Source: Fibrobacteria bacterium
GTDB lineage: Bacteria; Fibrobacterota; Fibrobacteria; UBA11236
Direction of reading: 5' to 3'
Length of the DNA stretch: 64,000 nucleotides
Assembly (NCBI GenBank): GCA_043745805.1
Contig: JAYTSD010000044.1
Coordinates: forward strand, 30,280-94,279
Made by a program: the position numbers and the translations under genes. Shown here piece after piece: positions 7,392 to 17,821 of the stretch (its first letter is position 1; every line of letters begins with the position of its first letter). The notes under the pieces are model-generated. The model ran no database searches and was not told where the DNA came from. It saw only the letters and a program-made list of their open reading frames with translations.

Positions 7392-9929
7392 TTATAATGA
7401 ATTTAAGAATTTAACCACTGCCGCTGATTCACCAGTGGACAAGGCTTTGAATTTTGCAGCTGCTGCCGCGCCTTCACCACCATGCCAGAGAATAGCTTCT
7501 TCAAGAGTACGAGCACGTGCATCATGCAAGTAATTTGCATCCGGTTTGCAAGTTTGTTTTTGAATTAAACCCACTACACCACCCGTTGCGCAAGGAGAAT
7601 TACCAATGCCCCATAGTGGTGGCGTACGCCATTCCGCACCCGTGGCTTGACCTTCGGGTAAATTATCAGCCAAACCGGCACCCATATCATGAAGTAATAA
7701 GTCCGTATAAGGATGAATGGTTTGATCGCGAAGCTCTGCTTTAGGAGCGAAAGCGCTAGTCTTTAAGGTAGGAATGTGACAAGCCACACAACCCATGCTG
7801 GTAAATAAGGCTTCACCTTGTAAAGCCACTGGGTCTTTATAATCGCGACGAGCGCGTATGCCTAATAAGCTGATATAATCCACTAAATGACTTAAGCTGC
7901 TATCCGCAAGCTCCGTACCCGTTGCACCACAATTGGTTTCTTCCGAACCGCAATCGGGCTTAGGTAACAAAGAAGTCATCACGCCCATATCCGTATTGAA
8001 GGCGCCAGCAATTTGATGTTTCACATCGACTTTACCGGCTTTCCATCCAAAGCGACCCATACGTGGCTGACTGGTTACGGGGTCATTTACAATATTAATA
8101 CGACCCGAAATACCATCTCCATTTGCATCATTGGGGTCTTCCAAGGCTTGAATAGCCGTTTCTGGAATAGCTTCCAATAATCCCATGCCTACTAGTTGAG
8201 GTGTTGTGCGAACCGAATAATTAATGGGAGTAACACCTGTGAAACCGTAATTTGCTTTACGCAAACCATTACTTTCCACCCAACTCAAAATTTTACCTTC
8301 GCCTTCAGAATTTCCAGCCGTATTTTGCGGTTGTAATACGCCGCCTAATTTTGGATGAGGATTACCATTGGCATCGCCTACTTTTACCACCATATTATAA
8401 AGTGGTCCGCCCACAACTGGCGTTGTACCACGACCATTACGAATATGACATTGATTACAAGATGTATTAATATAATTGGGACCACCTTTTCCGGCATTTT
8501 CTTCCCAAATTGGATTCTCGGGTTCATCATGTGCACCTGTAATAAAATTGGTATGTAATACGCGACGTCCTAAAACAAAGGGCTGTGCATTTTCACCATC
8601 AATATTGGTGGCCATTTGCATGAAATTTTTGTCGGGTTCATCGGATATTTGTTTATGCAAAGTTGTGCGTCCGCCTAACCAAGTAGCCTCGTCCATTTTA
8701 TGTGAGTTTTCTCTTTCCGAAGCTTGATTTTCCCATACTCCAACAGTGTCCCAGGGAACCATACCGCCCACACCTACTTCATACAAAAATACGGTGCCAT
8801 AGTAGTTATCGCGACCCACGGGAGGATTTGGCATAGTGAAATCTAAAAATTGGCTAGCTTCAATTTCCATAAACTGACCTACTGCAAGTGGAGATTCTTT
8901 GCCGTCAAGCCCAATCGATGTTTCAATAGTGTAAATGTATTTCCATTGATGTCCTTGATCACTTATTTTATTGTGATTCTCATCATAAGTACCCACGCCT
9001 AATTTTGTAAAGCGTGGCGCATAATTGCCATAATATTGCGCTTCACTTCCACGACCCGAATACCAAGCACGGAATTCTGGTAATTGATCAAGCTTCCATT
9101 CGGTTACCCAACTCACTTCCATAGTATGGCCACCCTTGGCTACATGGTCAGTGATGATATAACGAGCTGTACGAAGTTCCCAATAATGCGGAAGATAATG
9201 ATCATGACTTTGGAAATTATTTTCACGGCTATGACGGTCGCGTGCTCTATCGCCCCAACGGGTAACAATGGCGGTACCTATATCTTCGCGGACTAAACGA
9301 TTCAATTTGGTATTTCCGCTGAATAATGGAATTATTTTTGGCGTACTGAAATCTACGGTTAAATTTGTGCCCTCTACGATTTGATATACTTGCGTCACAT
9401 AACCAGTTTTGCTACAAACAATAGAAGCCGAAATGGCTGCCGTTTTCGCTAAGGTATTCTGTGTAGCCATGCCTTCGAAAACCAAACCCGAGCCGGTATT
9501 TACGAAGCGTCTTTTAAAGGATTCTTTGGGAGTAGTGATAGTTATAAAATACAATCCTTTGTTTTGTTGACTGAAAGCAACATGCTCTCCGAGCTTAATA
9601 GATTGGTTAAACACCTTTTGACCCTTGGTATTTAATATCGTCACCGTGGCTCTTTCTCCAAAAGCAAGAGGGATTTGTGATAGCGAAAAATTTTGTTGGG
9701 AATTAGGATTGGATTTATAAATGGAATTAACCAATCCATTTAAGGTCAACTTTCCTGCATTATCGGAAGTTCCCGTAGGTCCTCCATTTTGCGCACAAGT
9801 TACGCCTGCAATCGGTGCATTCTTTGCATCTTGCAGCGTAACAATTACTTCTGAGTCGGCCACCTGAAACAGAGTAACCGTTAACAGCGTTGCCAATGTT
9901 GTGTTTAGTCCCATTTGCTTTCCTTTCAT
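7392..9929 (-). CDS. Secreted di-heme oxidoreductase (DHOR family) protein with a long N-terminal extension
   Basis: Two CxxCH motifs (SCNQCH, GCVACH); PQLVGMGLLEAI, DGISGR, GRFGWKA, PYTDLLLHDMG, EWRTPPLWG, YLHDARARTLEEAILWHGGE. Confidence 0.88.
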   Translation of the reverse strand: MKGKQMGLNTTLATLLTVTLFQVADSEVIVTLQDAKNAPIAGVTCAQNGGPTGTSDNAGKLTLNGLVNSIYKSNPNSQQNFSLSQIPLAFGERATVTILNTKGQKVFNQSIKLGEHVAFSQQNKGLYFITITTPKESFKRRFVNTGSGLVFEGMATQNTLAKTAAISASIVCSKTGYVTQVYQIVEGTNLTVDFSTPKIIPLFSGNTKLNRLVREDIGTAIVTRWGDRARDRHSRENNFQSHDHYLPHYWELRTARYIITDHVAKGGHTMEVSWVTEWKLDQLPEFRAWYSGRGSEAQYYGNYAPRFTKLGVGTYDENHNKISDQGHQWKYIYTIETSIGLDGKESPLAVGQFMEIEASQFLDFTMPNPPVGRDNYYGTVFLYEVGVGGMVPWDTVGVWENQASERENSHKMDEATWLGGRTTLHKQISDEPDKNFMQMATNIDGENAQPFVLGRRVLHTNFITGAHDEPENPIWEENAGKGGPNYINTSCNQCHIRNGRGTTPVVGGPLYNMVVKVGDANGNPHPKLGGVLQPQNTAGNSEGEGKILSWVESNGLRKANYGFTGVTPINYSVRTTPQLVGMGLLEAIPETAIQALEDPNDANGDGISGRINIVNDPVTSQPRMGRFGWKAGKVDVKHQIAGAFNTDMGVMTSLLPKPDCGSEETNCGATGTELADSSLSHLVDYISLLGIRARRDYKDPVALQGEALFTSMGCVACHIPTLKTSAFAPKAELRDQTIHPYTDLLLHDMGAGLADNLPEGQATGAEWRTPPLWGIGNSPCATGGVVGLIQKQTCKPDANYLHDARARTLEEAILWHGGEGAAAAAKFKALSTGESAAVVKFLNSL

Positions 9930-10179
9930 CTCCTGCGCTCGGCTTTGGTCAGTCCCTATTATAAGCCTTTGCTGCTCACAAACTTATGGCTTATTATGTG
10001 GTATGGAACAGCATATTTGCTTTTTTTCTATAAATTCGCTCATAGCTTGCTCTCATTTTTTCTTTATTTTTGTGAAGTTTGTGGAGCAGGTTTAAATCGT
10101 TTTTTGGTTTTTTTGTTTTCGACCTCCGCTCTCGAGAATTCCTTGGGGATAATGCGTTATATTAAAAGTCATCTCAACC

Positions 10180-11922
10180 TTGGAGAAGCTTATTTTTATT
10201 CCACTTCCTTTTTTGCGACTATTCCTAATTGCCTTTTTTTTATTTCCGATTCTCACTTTAGCTGCGGGACAATTAGGCATCAATATTAATTTGGCTGAAC
10301 AAGGCGGAAGCTTTGTCGATATGGTCAAAGAAAATTATCACTGGTCAAGTATAGGTGGAACCGAATTAACTATCTCACAAGTGGATACAAATGGCTGGCC
10401 CAAAAGTGATGCCATATTTGGAATGGATTATCGTCCTGTAGCCGAATGGGCCGGGCAAATTGATGATCCAGAAAAATACCGCCTCGATCTTTCTGGCATC
10501 TATAAATGTGATTTCAATGGCAAAGCAACGGTAGTCGCTACTTCAGGAGCTACTGTTCAAAATATTTTATATGATTCTGCGAGTAATCGCAGCACCTTCG
10601 ATTTTATTATGGACACTCCCGCAGCAAATTATGGATTTGTTCAATTGCGATTTACCAATACTCGTCGAACCTCACAAGCTACTTTGGGTTCTGGTTTAAC
10701 GGGATTACGTATGTATCGCCCAGGTTACCCATTAAATTCCTCCAAGATATTCACCGATGCTTTTTTAGCCGCTCTTGTAGGTGTAAATTTTTCGGCGATT
10801 CGGTTTATGAATTTTCTCGCCTCCAATGAGAGGGAACCCACATATCCTGCTATTATCGAATGGTCACGGCGAAAAACACCGCACGATGCTTCACAGGTTC
10901 CACTTGCCGTATTAGACCGCAATGAAGGTGCCGCTTGGGAATATGTAATACAACTTGCCAACCAATCGCACAAAGATGCATGGATCAATATTCCAGTTGC
11001 AGCAACTTCAGATTATGTACATCAGCTCGCTAAGCTTTTAAAAGATAGTTTGAATCCTAGCTTAAACATTTATGTGGAAAGCGGTAATGAAGTTTGGAAT
11101 AGTGGTTTTATTCAACAGGCCTACAACAAAGCTCAGGCTAAGGCCTTGGGCATAGATGAACAAAATAATCATGCTCGTCGCACCGTGGAATTAGCCAAAT
11201 TATTTCAAGACATATTCGGGACAGGCACCTTAAACCATCGTATTCGCATAGTATTATGCAGCCATGCTCCAATGTTGAAATGGTGGTTAGAACCGATGTT
11301 ACAGTATGTGCAAAAAACATTTGGGACCCCAGCTGATTTTATTTATGCTATTAGTTGCCAAGGTTATTTCGATCTCCCTGCCGTCGCAGGACAAAGCATT
11401 CCCGATATTCTTTCTGCGGCGCGTGCAAGCATTACATCACAATTAGATGAAACCGGAAGCGTAAATGAGGCGGGCCGAAAACAATGGATAGCCAAAGCGA
11501 AAGCTTGGAGTTTTTCCGGAGGATTTATGATTTACGAAGGAGGTCCTTCCGAGGCAATTGGTAATGTTACCAATGTAGCCAATCGTATTAATGCACAAAG
11601 AGATTCGGGAATGGGTGAATTAATAAAATATAATTATGGAGCTGGCTTTCTTGATTTAGGCGGCACTTTGGCCATGCAATTCACTCTCAGTAGTGGCTTT
11701 ACACGTTACGGGTGTTGGGGACTCACAGATGATATAACAAAACCTAATCGCAATTTTAAATATCGTGCCATGCAAGCCTTGGCAGGTAGTTCAGTCGGAA
11801 TTGTACCTAAAGCTAAAATCAAATCGCCTAGTAATCCTTCAAAATGGACGGGCGAACATGGGTTTCAATTATTTTATTGGGGTTGGCGAGATTTATTAGG
11901 TAAGAAGTTTTTAAACGATTGA
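10180..11922 (+). CDS. Secreted putative glycoside hydrolase / cellulose-binding-type protein
   Basis: Signal peptide; IRFMNF, WEYVIQLAN...DAWINIP, IYVESGNEVWN (NE acid/base-like), MIYEGG, YGCWGL; C-terminal WRDLLGK tail. Confidence 0.65.
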   Translation: MEKLIFIPLPFLRLFLIAFFLFPILTLAAGQLGININLAEQGGSFVDMVKENYHWSSIGGTELTISQVDTNGWPKSDAIFGMDYRPVAEWAGQIDDPEKYRLDLSGIYKCDFNGKATVVATSGATVQNILYDSASNRSTFDFIMDTPAANYGFVQLRFTNTRRTSQATLGSGLTGLRMYRPGYPLNSSKIFTDAFLAALVGVNFSAIRFMNFLASNEREPTYPAIIEWSRRKTPHDASQVPLAVLDRNEGAAWEYVIQLANQSHKDAWINIPVAATSDYVHQLAKLLKDSLNPSLNIYVESGNEVWNSGFIQQAYNKAQAKALGIDEQNNHARRTVELAKLFQDIFGTGTLNHRIRIVLCSHAPMLKWWLEPMLQYVQKTFGTPADFIYAISCQGYFDLPAVAGQSIPDILSAARASITSQLDETGSVNEAGRKQWIAKAKAWSFSGGFMIYEGGPSEAIGNVTNVANRINAQRDSGMGELIKYNYGAGFLDLGGTLAMQFTLSSGFTRYGCWGLTDDITKPNRNFKYRAMQALAGSSVGIVPKAKIKSPSNPSKWTGEHGFQLFYWGWRDLLGKKFLND

Positions 11923-11934
11923 AAATAGCGGGAT

Positions 11935-11961
11935 AAAAAAAGGGCCTCATTTGAAGCCCTT
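11935..11961 (-). terminator. Terminator between convergent genes
   Basis: Minus strand AAGGGCTTCA-AA-TGAGGCCCTT followed by a T-run. Confidence 0.7.
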
Positions 11962-11992
11962 GTAATTGGATGTAAAAGGTTTTTCTGTAAAG

Positions 11993-14425
11993 TTATAATG
12001 ACTTCAAGAAAGAAATTAATGCCGCTGCATCGGTAGTGGACATGGCATTAAAAGCGTTGGCTGCCTTTTCACCTTCGCCTCCATGCCATTTTATCGCTTC
12101 GGAAAGTGTTCTTGCACGACCATCATGCAAATACGCTTCACCACTGCTTACACCTGCAGTATAGCCAATATTCCATAGGGGTGCTGTACGCCATTCTGCT
12201 CCAGAAGCATCGCCTTCAGGAAGATTATCAGCTAAACCAGGACCCATATCATGAAGTAATAGATCAGTATAAGGATGAATAGTTTGATTACGTACTTCGG
12301 CCTTAGGATGAAAAGCACCCGTAACAAAAGTTGGCGTATGACAAGCCGTACAGCCGGCACTGGCAAATAATTCTTCACCATGTATGTTTATTGGATTTTT
12401 ATAATCGTTGCGAATACTAATTCCAAGCAAGGAAACATAATCCACTAAATGCGAGAAATTTGTATCTAATACTTCCGATCCCGTAGAACCGCAATTAGTT
12501 TGTGCGGAACCGCAATCATGATTTGGATATATTGCCGTGGCTACACCCATATCCGTATTTAAAGCTCCCGCAGTTTGTGCCGCTACCGATTGTTTTCCCG
12601 CCTTCCAACCAAATCGACCTAAGTGAGGAGTTCCTCCATCATAATCCATTACAATACGCATACGGCCTGATATGCCATCTTTATTGCTATCATCAGGATC
12701 TGCTAAAGCTTGTATATCTGATTCCGCTACGGCCTCTAAAAGGCCCATACCTACTAATTGGGGAGTAATTCTTGCAGAATATTGCGTAGGAATATTTGCG
12801 CCCGTAAAAGCGTAAATAGGCTTCCTTAAGCCATTAGCTTCCGTGGTCCATCCACTAATATTTACTGAACCCTCACTCATTCCACCCGCAACCATTTTAG
12901 GTTGTAAAACTGCTCCCAATTTGGGATGAGGATTGCCATTTCCATCACCAACCTTAACCACATATTGTGATAATTCTGTACCGACGGCCGGAGGTAACGC
13001 TCTTCCATTATTGACATGACAGCCCGCACAAGAGGTATTCACAAAATTTGGGCCAGCTTTTCCCTTTACATCAGGAAAGGAATCATTGCGTGGCTCATCA
13101 TGTAAACCGGTTACAAAATCTGAATGAAATACACGGCGACCCTTCATAAAATTTTGTCCATTTAAAGGTGATGTATTAGGCGCCATTTGAATGAAATGAT
13201 AAAGGGGTTCATTAGACATTTGTTTAGGTAAGGTCATCCATCCGCCTTCCCAAGCAATCTTTTCGGCTGGCCAGGAATCTTGAGCTAGAGGGGATTGATC
13301 TGTAGCCGCTCCATGATTTTCCCATGGAATCATACCGGTTTGCCCTACAATATAAAGCACCACCGTTCCGTAATAATTAAACTTTTCCCCCTCAGGTAAC
13401 TTAGTCGTAAATTGGCTGACTTCGATTTCCATTTTGTCACCAATTTTGAGCGGTCGTTTTTCCTTGGCATTAATCGTTACCACTTTTGTGTAACTTAAAC
13501 TATCCGGTAAATTTCTCACCGCCATATCATTATTGTAGTATTGGGCTAAGGTACCCTCTCCTTGGTAAAAGGTGCGCACGTCTCGGGTGGACAATACAAA
13601 TTGAGTTCTTACATTGATGATCACTTCTTTTCCACCTTTAGCCACCTTATCCACAATTTCCACGGCTGCGGTGCGATGTATCCAATAATGGCTTAAATAA
13701 TGATCATAAATATGGAACATGAATTCGCGTGCATGGCGATCACGTCCTCTATCGTCAAAGCGAGTTATCAATGCGGTATCCGTTTCGAAAACGGTTTCCG
13801 GTTGTAACTGTGTGGATTGATCATAAAGTGGCACTAAGGCTATTTTAGTGAAATCCAAGGAAAGTGTGGTGCCATCGGGAATTTGATAGACTTGGCTCGA
13901 GTAACCGGATTTGCTACACGTAACGCCTATGTTTCCACTGACTGCGGCCGATTTAAGTAAGGCGGAAGATTCTGTTTTATTAAGTGCTATGGTTTCAAAA
14001 TGTAAACCTTCGCCCATGTTCATGATGCGTCCATTAAAATTGGAATGAGGCGCGGTAATATTTACAAAAAACACGCCTTTATTCTGGCGAGGAAATTCCA
14101 ATCTTTCACCCAAAGCAAGGCTTTGTTGAATAATGACATTTCCTCTCAAGTCGGCTATAGTCAAAAATGCTTTTTCACCTTGTAAAAGAAAAATACGAGA
14201 AAAAGAACTTTGATTTTGTTTTTGCAATTTCGGATTAATGGACATAGGTGCACTGGTTAATACCAAAGATCCACTTCCATCTGAAATAGAAGGTAGCGAG
14301 CCTTTTTCTGAACAGGTTACCCCTGCAATACCCGCATTTTTGGAATCATGCAAAGTAAGGTGAATATCTGACCAACTCAATTGCTGGCCTATTAACAAGC
14401 CTAAAAATGCTGTTCTTATTTTCAT
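11993..14425 (-). CDS. Second secreted di-heme oxidoreductase (DHOR family) protein
   Basis: CxxCH motifs SCAGCH and GCTACH; same DHOR motifs and same N-terminal architecture (RDRHARE) as 7392..9929. Confidence 0.88.
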   Translation of the reverse strand: MKIRTAFLGLLIGQQLSWSDIHLTLHDSKNAGIAGVTCSEKGSLPSISDGSGSLVLTSAPMSINPKLQKQNQSSFSRIFLLQGEKAFLTIADLRGNVIIQQSLALGERLEFPRQNKGVFFVNITAPHSNFNGRIMNMGEGLHFETIALNKTESSALLKSAAVSGNIGVTCSKSGYSSQVYQIPDGTTLSLDFTKIALVPLYDQSTQLQPETVFETDTALITRFDDRGRDRHAREFMFHIYDHYLSHYWIHRTAAVEIVDKVAKGGKEVIINVRTQFVLSTRDVRTFYQGEGTLAQYYNNDMAVRNLPDSLSYTKVVTINAKEKRPLKIGDKMEIEVSQFTTKLPEGEKFNYYGTVVLYIVGQTGMIPWENHGAATDQSPLAQDSWPAEKIAWEGGWMTLPKQMSNEPLYHFIQMAPNTSPLNGQNFMKGRRVFHSDFVTGLHDEPRNDSFPDVKGKAGPNFVNTSCAGCHVNNGRALPPAVGTELSQYVVKVGDGNGNPHPKLGAVLQPKMVAGGMSEGSVNISGWTTEANGLRKPIYAFTGANIPTQYSARITPQLVGMGLLEAVAESDIQALADPDDSNKDGISGRMRIVMDYDGGTPHLGRFGWKAGKQSVAAQTAGALNTDMGVATAIYPNHDCGSAQTNCGSTGSEVLDTNFSHLVDYVSLLGISIRNDYKNPINIHGEELFASAGCTACHTPTFVTGAFHPKAEVRNQTIHPYTDLLLHDMGPGLADNLPEGDASGAEWRTAPLWNIGYTAGVSSGEAYLHDGRARTLSEAIKWHGGEGEKAANAFNAMSTTDAAALISFLKSL

Positions 14426-14461
14426 CGATTCCCCCGAATCTTATTATTTAAAGCCCCTAAA

Positions 14462-14480
14462 ATTCATATCAGATATGAAT
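14462..14480. promoter_or_regulatory. Perfect 9-1-9 palindrome, candidate operator
   Basis: ATTCATATC-A-GATATGAAT, 36 nt upstream of the DHOR start codon. Confidence 0.5.
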
Positions 14481-14677
14481 ACACCTGATATTGGATTTAA
14501 AAGTCCTAGCCAATTTCATTACCTTGGAATATAGAGGCCATTTTAAAGATACGCTTGACGAAACGACTCATTCTTGGATGTAAAGTAGAATCTCGACAAT
14601 TCCACTTATACTACTTTTTTGAGTATTCACTTAAAATGTTCAATACTATTGTGTACCCAAGGTATTTTATTTCGCTC

Positions 14678-16183
14678 TTACGGTAATAACAAAGACTGTA
14701 TCCATTGCCCTTGATCGTTTTTAATCTGCACCCAAAGCAAGCCACTAGGCATATTTGCTAGCGATATTTTTTGTTCAGCATTTATGAAGCTTGCTGTTTC
14801 ATTGGGAATGATTTTTCCGGCACTATTATAAAATGTTAATTGCAAAGAATTTAAACTTTTGTTTTTTTGCTTAAAATCCTCTAACAAATACAAATTCTTT
14901 CCCACCACTCTAAATTGAACAGCTGCATTAATCATTGTGTTCTTTTTATAAACACCAGATAACCCTTTTACAAATTTTATTTCCGGTGGATATTGAAAAG
15001 CATTATAAGCCTCAGCTATGCCTGCTGTATCTTGCACACTACGGTTGGCAATCAAAAATCGATAATGCAAAGGTAGGCTTTTTCCTGCAGGAACGGTTGC
15101 ATTAAAGAAAACTCCAAAACGCCCATAATTTCGCGTAGGAAATTCAACTGGTTTTGGATTAGAAATATTGTCCATTACTATAGCTAAATATTTAACTCCT
15201 CTTACGGGAAAAAGCTGGGTAAGCCAATGACCCGTTCCTGTATAGGTTCCACCAGTTCTTAAAACTCCATCTTGGGTAAAATGATGGGCATTTAATAGCG
15301 AGTCATCACGATTATCATAAACTTCATTGGCAGCCGAAAATTGCATGCCCGCATGAGCATTTTCACCTCCGAGAGTAAAACTTTTTCCATTAGGTTCGGT
15401 TAATTTAAAATGAAGATCTAAAAGTGTTACCCCAGGTTTAATCCACCAAGCTTCAACCACTCTGGTTTCTACTAGTTCTTCCACTTTATTATGTTGCCAA
15501 GAAATATCTACTGCCACTCGTGAAAAAACGGGGCCCATAACCGCAACACTTGTATCATACGATTTATGAATTTGTACGGTGCCACCACCATCCGTCCAAT
15601 AACCATGGCCATTAATATCCCACCCCATAAAAATTCCGCGTTGATGAGGATAATTTCCATCTCCTCCCTTGGTGATATATTTTCCATCGCTGCCATACAC
15701 ATGATTAAATGGTCGACGAGTTTCCCCATAAAAATTTGGGTCATAAATATCTTGATATCGATACACTGGCCTATTTCCATGTAGAATATCTATTCCCGAA
15801 TCCACTTTTGAGATTTTAAATATTTCTTGTGGGGAGCTTGAGGAATTAGTTGAAATGGTTAATTGATAGTTATAGTTTTTTTGGGGGAGTAATGATTCTT
15901 CCATCCACATTACATTTACTTTTCCCGCATCATTTTTGGACCAAAGTATTTGTACGGATTTATTAACATTTTCACCTAAAAGTTTTAATTGTCCATATAA
16001 AGGCGTTCCTGCTTTAGGTATAGCAGGATCAAAGTTTGCAGCGGGTATCTCAACAAGCATAGCCTGATATTTACGTGGTAAACTATCGGTTGTAGTCGAA
16101 AGTGTCCAATCCCAACTTTGAGAAAAAACGCTATTGGTAAACAAAAAAATCCCTATAAACCATGAGTGCATTCTCATTTTCAT
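14678..16183 (-). CDS. Secreted PmoA/DUF6807-like protein with a C-terminal sorting-like domain
   Basis: RPFNHVY, YPHQRGIFMGW, LVETR, LDLHFKL, RNYGRFG, LHYRFLI; tail LTFYNSAGKII...MPSGLLWVQI. Confidence 0.6.
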   Translation of the reverse strand: MKMRMHSWFIGIFLFTNSVFSQSWDWTLSTTTDSLPRKYQAMLVEIPAANFDPAIPKAGTPLYGQLKLLGENVNKSVQILWSKNDAGKVNVMWMEESLLPQKNYNYQLTISTNSSSSPQEIFKISKVDSGIDILHGNRPVYRYQDIYDPNFYGETRRPFNHVYGSDGKYITKGGDGNYPHQRGIFMGWDINGHGYWTDGGGTVQIHKSYDTSVAVMGPVFSRVAVDISWQHNKVEELVETRVVEAWWIKPGVTLLDLHFKLTEPNGKSFTLGGENAHAGMQFSAANEVYDNRDDSLLNAHHFTQDGVLRTGGTYTGTGHWLTQLFPVRGVKYLAIVMDNISNPKPVEFPTRNYGRFGVFFNATVPAGKSLPLHYRFLIANRSVQDTAGIAEAYNAFQYPPEIKFVKGLSGVYKKNTMINAAVQFRVVGKNLYLLEDFKQKNKSLNSLQLTFYNSAGKIIPNETASFINAEQKISLANMPSGLLWVQIKNDQGQWIQSLLLP

Positions 16184-16290
16184 CCCCTTGAATTTCTAAT
16201 TACGCTTATCGCTTAGATCTACTTTAAGGTCAAATGAAAATTCGCACAGGCTAAATTTTAATAAAGTTCTTTTTGTTTTATTGCGAAACC

Positions 16291-16322
16291 AAAAAAGGGT
16301 TAAGCTTTAAGCCTAACCCTTT
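16291..16322 (-). terminator. Rho-independent terminator
   Basis: Minus strand AAGGGTTAGGCTTAAAGCTTAACCCTTTTTT. Confidence 0.7.
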
Positions 16323-16357
16323 ATATAAAAATGACTAATAAAGACTTTTTCCTTAAA

Positions 16358-17821
16358 TTACTTAACCACTCTCATCATTAATAATTGTCCTCTTTCTACT
16401 AATTCCACATCAGGATTGACACTGTGGGCCTGAACGTCTAATAAAAAATATCTATATGTGGCAGTATCATAACCTGCAACACCAGAGAACATGTCCGACA
16501 CTTCAATAACACCCGAGGATTCTTCATCATTAGTATGAGGAGCAGTTGGAGGTATTAATAAATCACCAAAACGTGCCACATCATGCTTTGCTAATAGTGA
16601 TAAAGCATCAGATGTTGGATTGTAACTCCAAATTTTTCCATTATGTACATTTCCTCCAACGTCTTCTAACAAAATTACCTTACCTGATCCATCAACTGTA
16701 ATATTATCAAACATTTGTCCGGCTTCTGTACCGTCCAGTAAAGCTTCAACAAATCCACCAAGTAAAGGATTTGTTATATCTGCAAAAGTGAGCCGCCATA
16801 AACGGGAACGTCCAATTGTGGTACCAACTCCGTCCTTAACTTGATCCATTCTATCGGTAGTAACAAAATAAAAGCGATTAGGGTTTTGAGTATCCCAAGC
16901 GCCATCTTCAGGCCTTAAGAATTTAGTACCCGTTGTATCACCTGTGGCTACTAATGAGAACGGCGTTCCAGGAGTAGGAACTGAATCACGCACATCAACA
17001 GGATAACCATTAATGGCAATATTCATATTTTGTCCACCATTTAAACCTGCAGCGAAAGGACCGCTTTGATTGGTTTTAGTAGCACCATGAACAAAAACTT
17101 TTCCTGGAGTAGTATCATCCATACTAATAACAATGGTATTATCTTGAGCCGTTGGACTGGCGACATTATTTTCCCAGCTGGCTGTTCCTAGATCAGGAAG
17201 CTGTATAGCACTGCCTGCAAATGGGCCTGTAACCATATGCGCAAAAGCTCTTCCGGTTAAACCGGCCTCTTCTCCATTCATGAAAATACGGCCGTCAAAA
17301 TATCCTTTATCTGTACTGGCATTATAGAAAGCCGTTGGACTTGCAAGGTCGGCGGAACAAAATCTATTAAAAGCTGTGATCCCAGGGGCCCAAGTGCCTG
17401 TAACTGCATTATAGAGATAAACCGTTTTTATTTGATCTTCACCGCGTAATACTTTTAAGTCGCTTTTACGTATACGGTACTTGGCAACAAAAGCGCCAAT
17501 AGATCCATGAGCACGAACTATACCCTTGGTATTGGAAAGCTCATGATTCATTAATAAAGTCAAGGTTCCATCTCCATTGTCAAATGCACCTAGTCCATCG
17601 GGAATTCCAACCATGCGATAAACTGTGTCTGCAGGATTTGCTGGGTTATTCTTGCGAACGGCATCACCGACTGTTAATAAAGAAGTGAATTCTACATTGG
17701 TACTTACGGGAGTTAAATAGGGAGTTTCCGAACTACTTGGGCCAGAAGCGGCATGGCCGCAAACAACTAACATCAGGCCTATAGGGAGGCCAAAGAAATA
17801 GTTTCTTAAATTTTTTTTCAT
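16358..17821 (-). CDS. Secreted PhoX-like (DUF839) alkaline phosphatase
   Basis: GIPDGLGA, LMNHE, RFCSADL, MNGEE, WEN, RPEDGAWD, FDNITVD, LLED, EESSG, DVQAH. Confidence 0.75.
   Translation of the reverse strand: MKKNLRNYFFGLPIGLMLVVCGHAASGPSSSETPYLTPVSTNVEFTSLLTVGDAVRKNNPANPADTVYRMVGIPDGLGAFDNGDGTLTLLMNHELSNTKGIVRAHGSIGAFVAKYRIRKSDLKVLRGEDQIKTVYLYNAVTGTWAPGITAFNRFCSADLASPTAFYNASTDKGYFDGRIFMNGEEAGLTGRAFAHMVTGPFAGSAIQLPDLGTASWENNVASPTAQDNTIVISMDDTTPGKVFVHGATKTNQSGPFAAGLNGGQNMNIAINGYPVDVRDSVPTPGTPFSLVATGDTTGTKFLRPEDGAWDTQNPNRFYFVTTDRMDQVKDGVGTTIGRSRLWRLTFADITNPLLGGFVEALLDGTEAGQMFDNITVDGSGKVILLEDVGGNVHNGKIWSYNPTSDALSLLAKHDVARFGDLLIPPTAPHTNDEESSGVIEVSDMFSGVAGYDTATYRYFLLDVQAHSVNPDVELVERGQLLMMRVVK

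Noticed and set aside
14678-16183. Methane monooxygenase
   Set aside because: The PmoA family label is a misnomer for this soluble secreted domain; no pmoCAB membrane subunits are present
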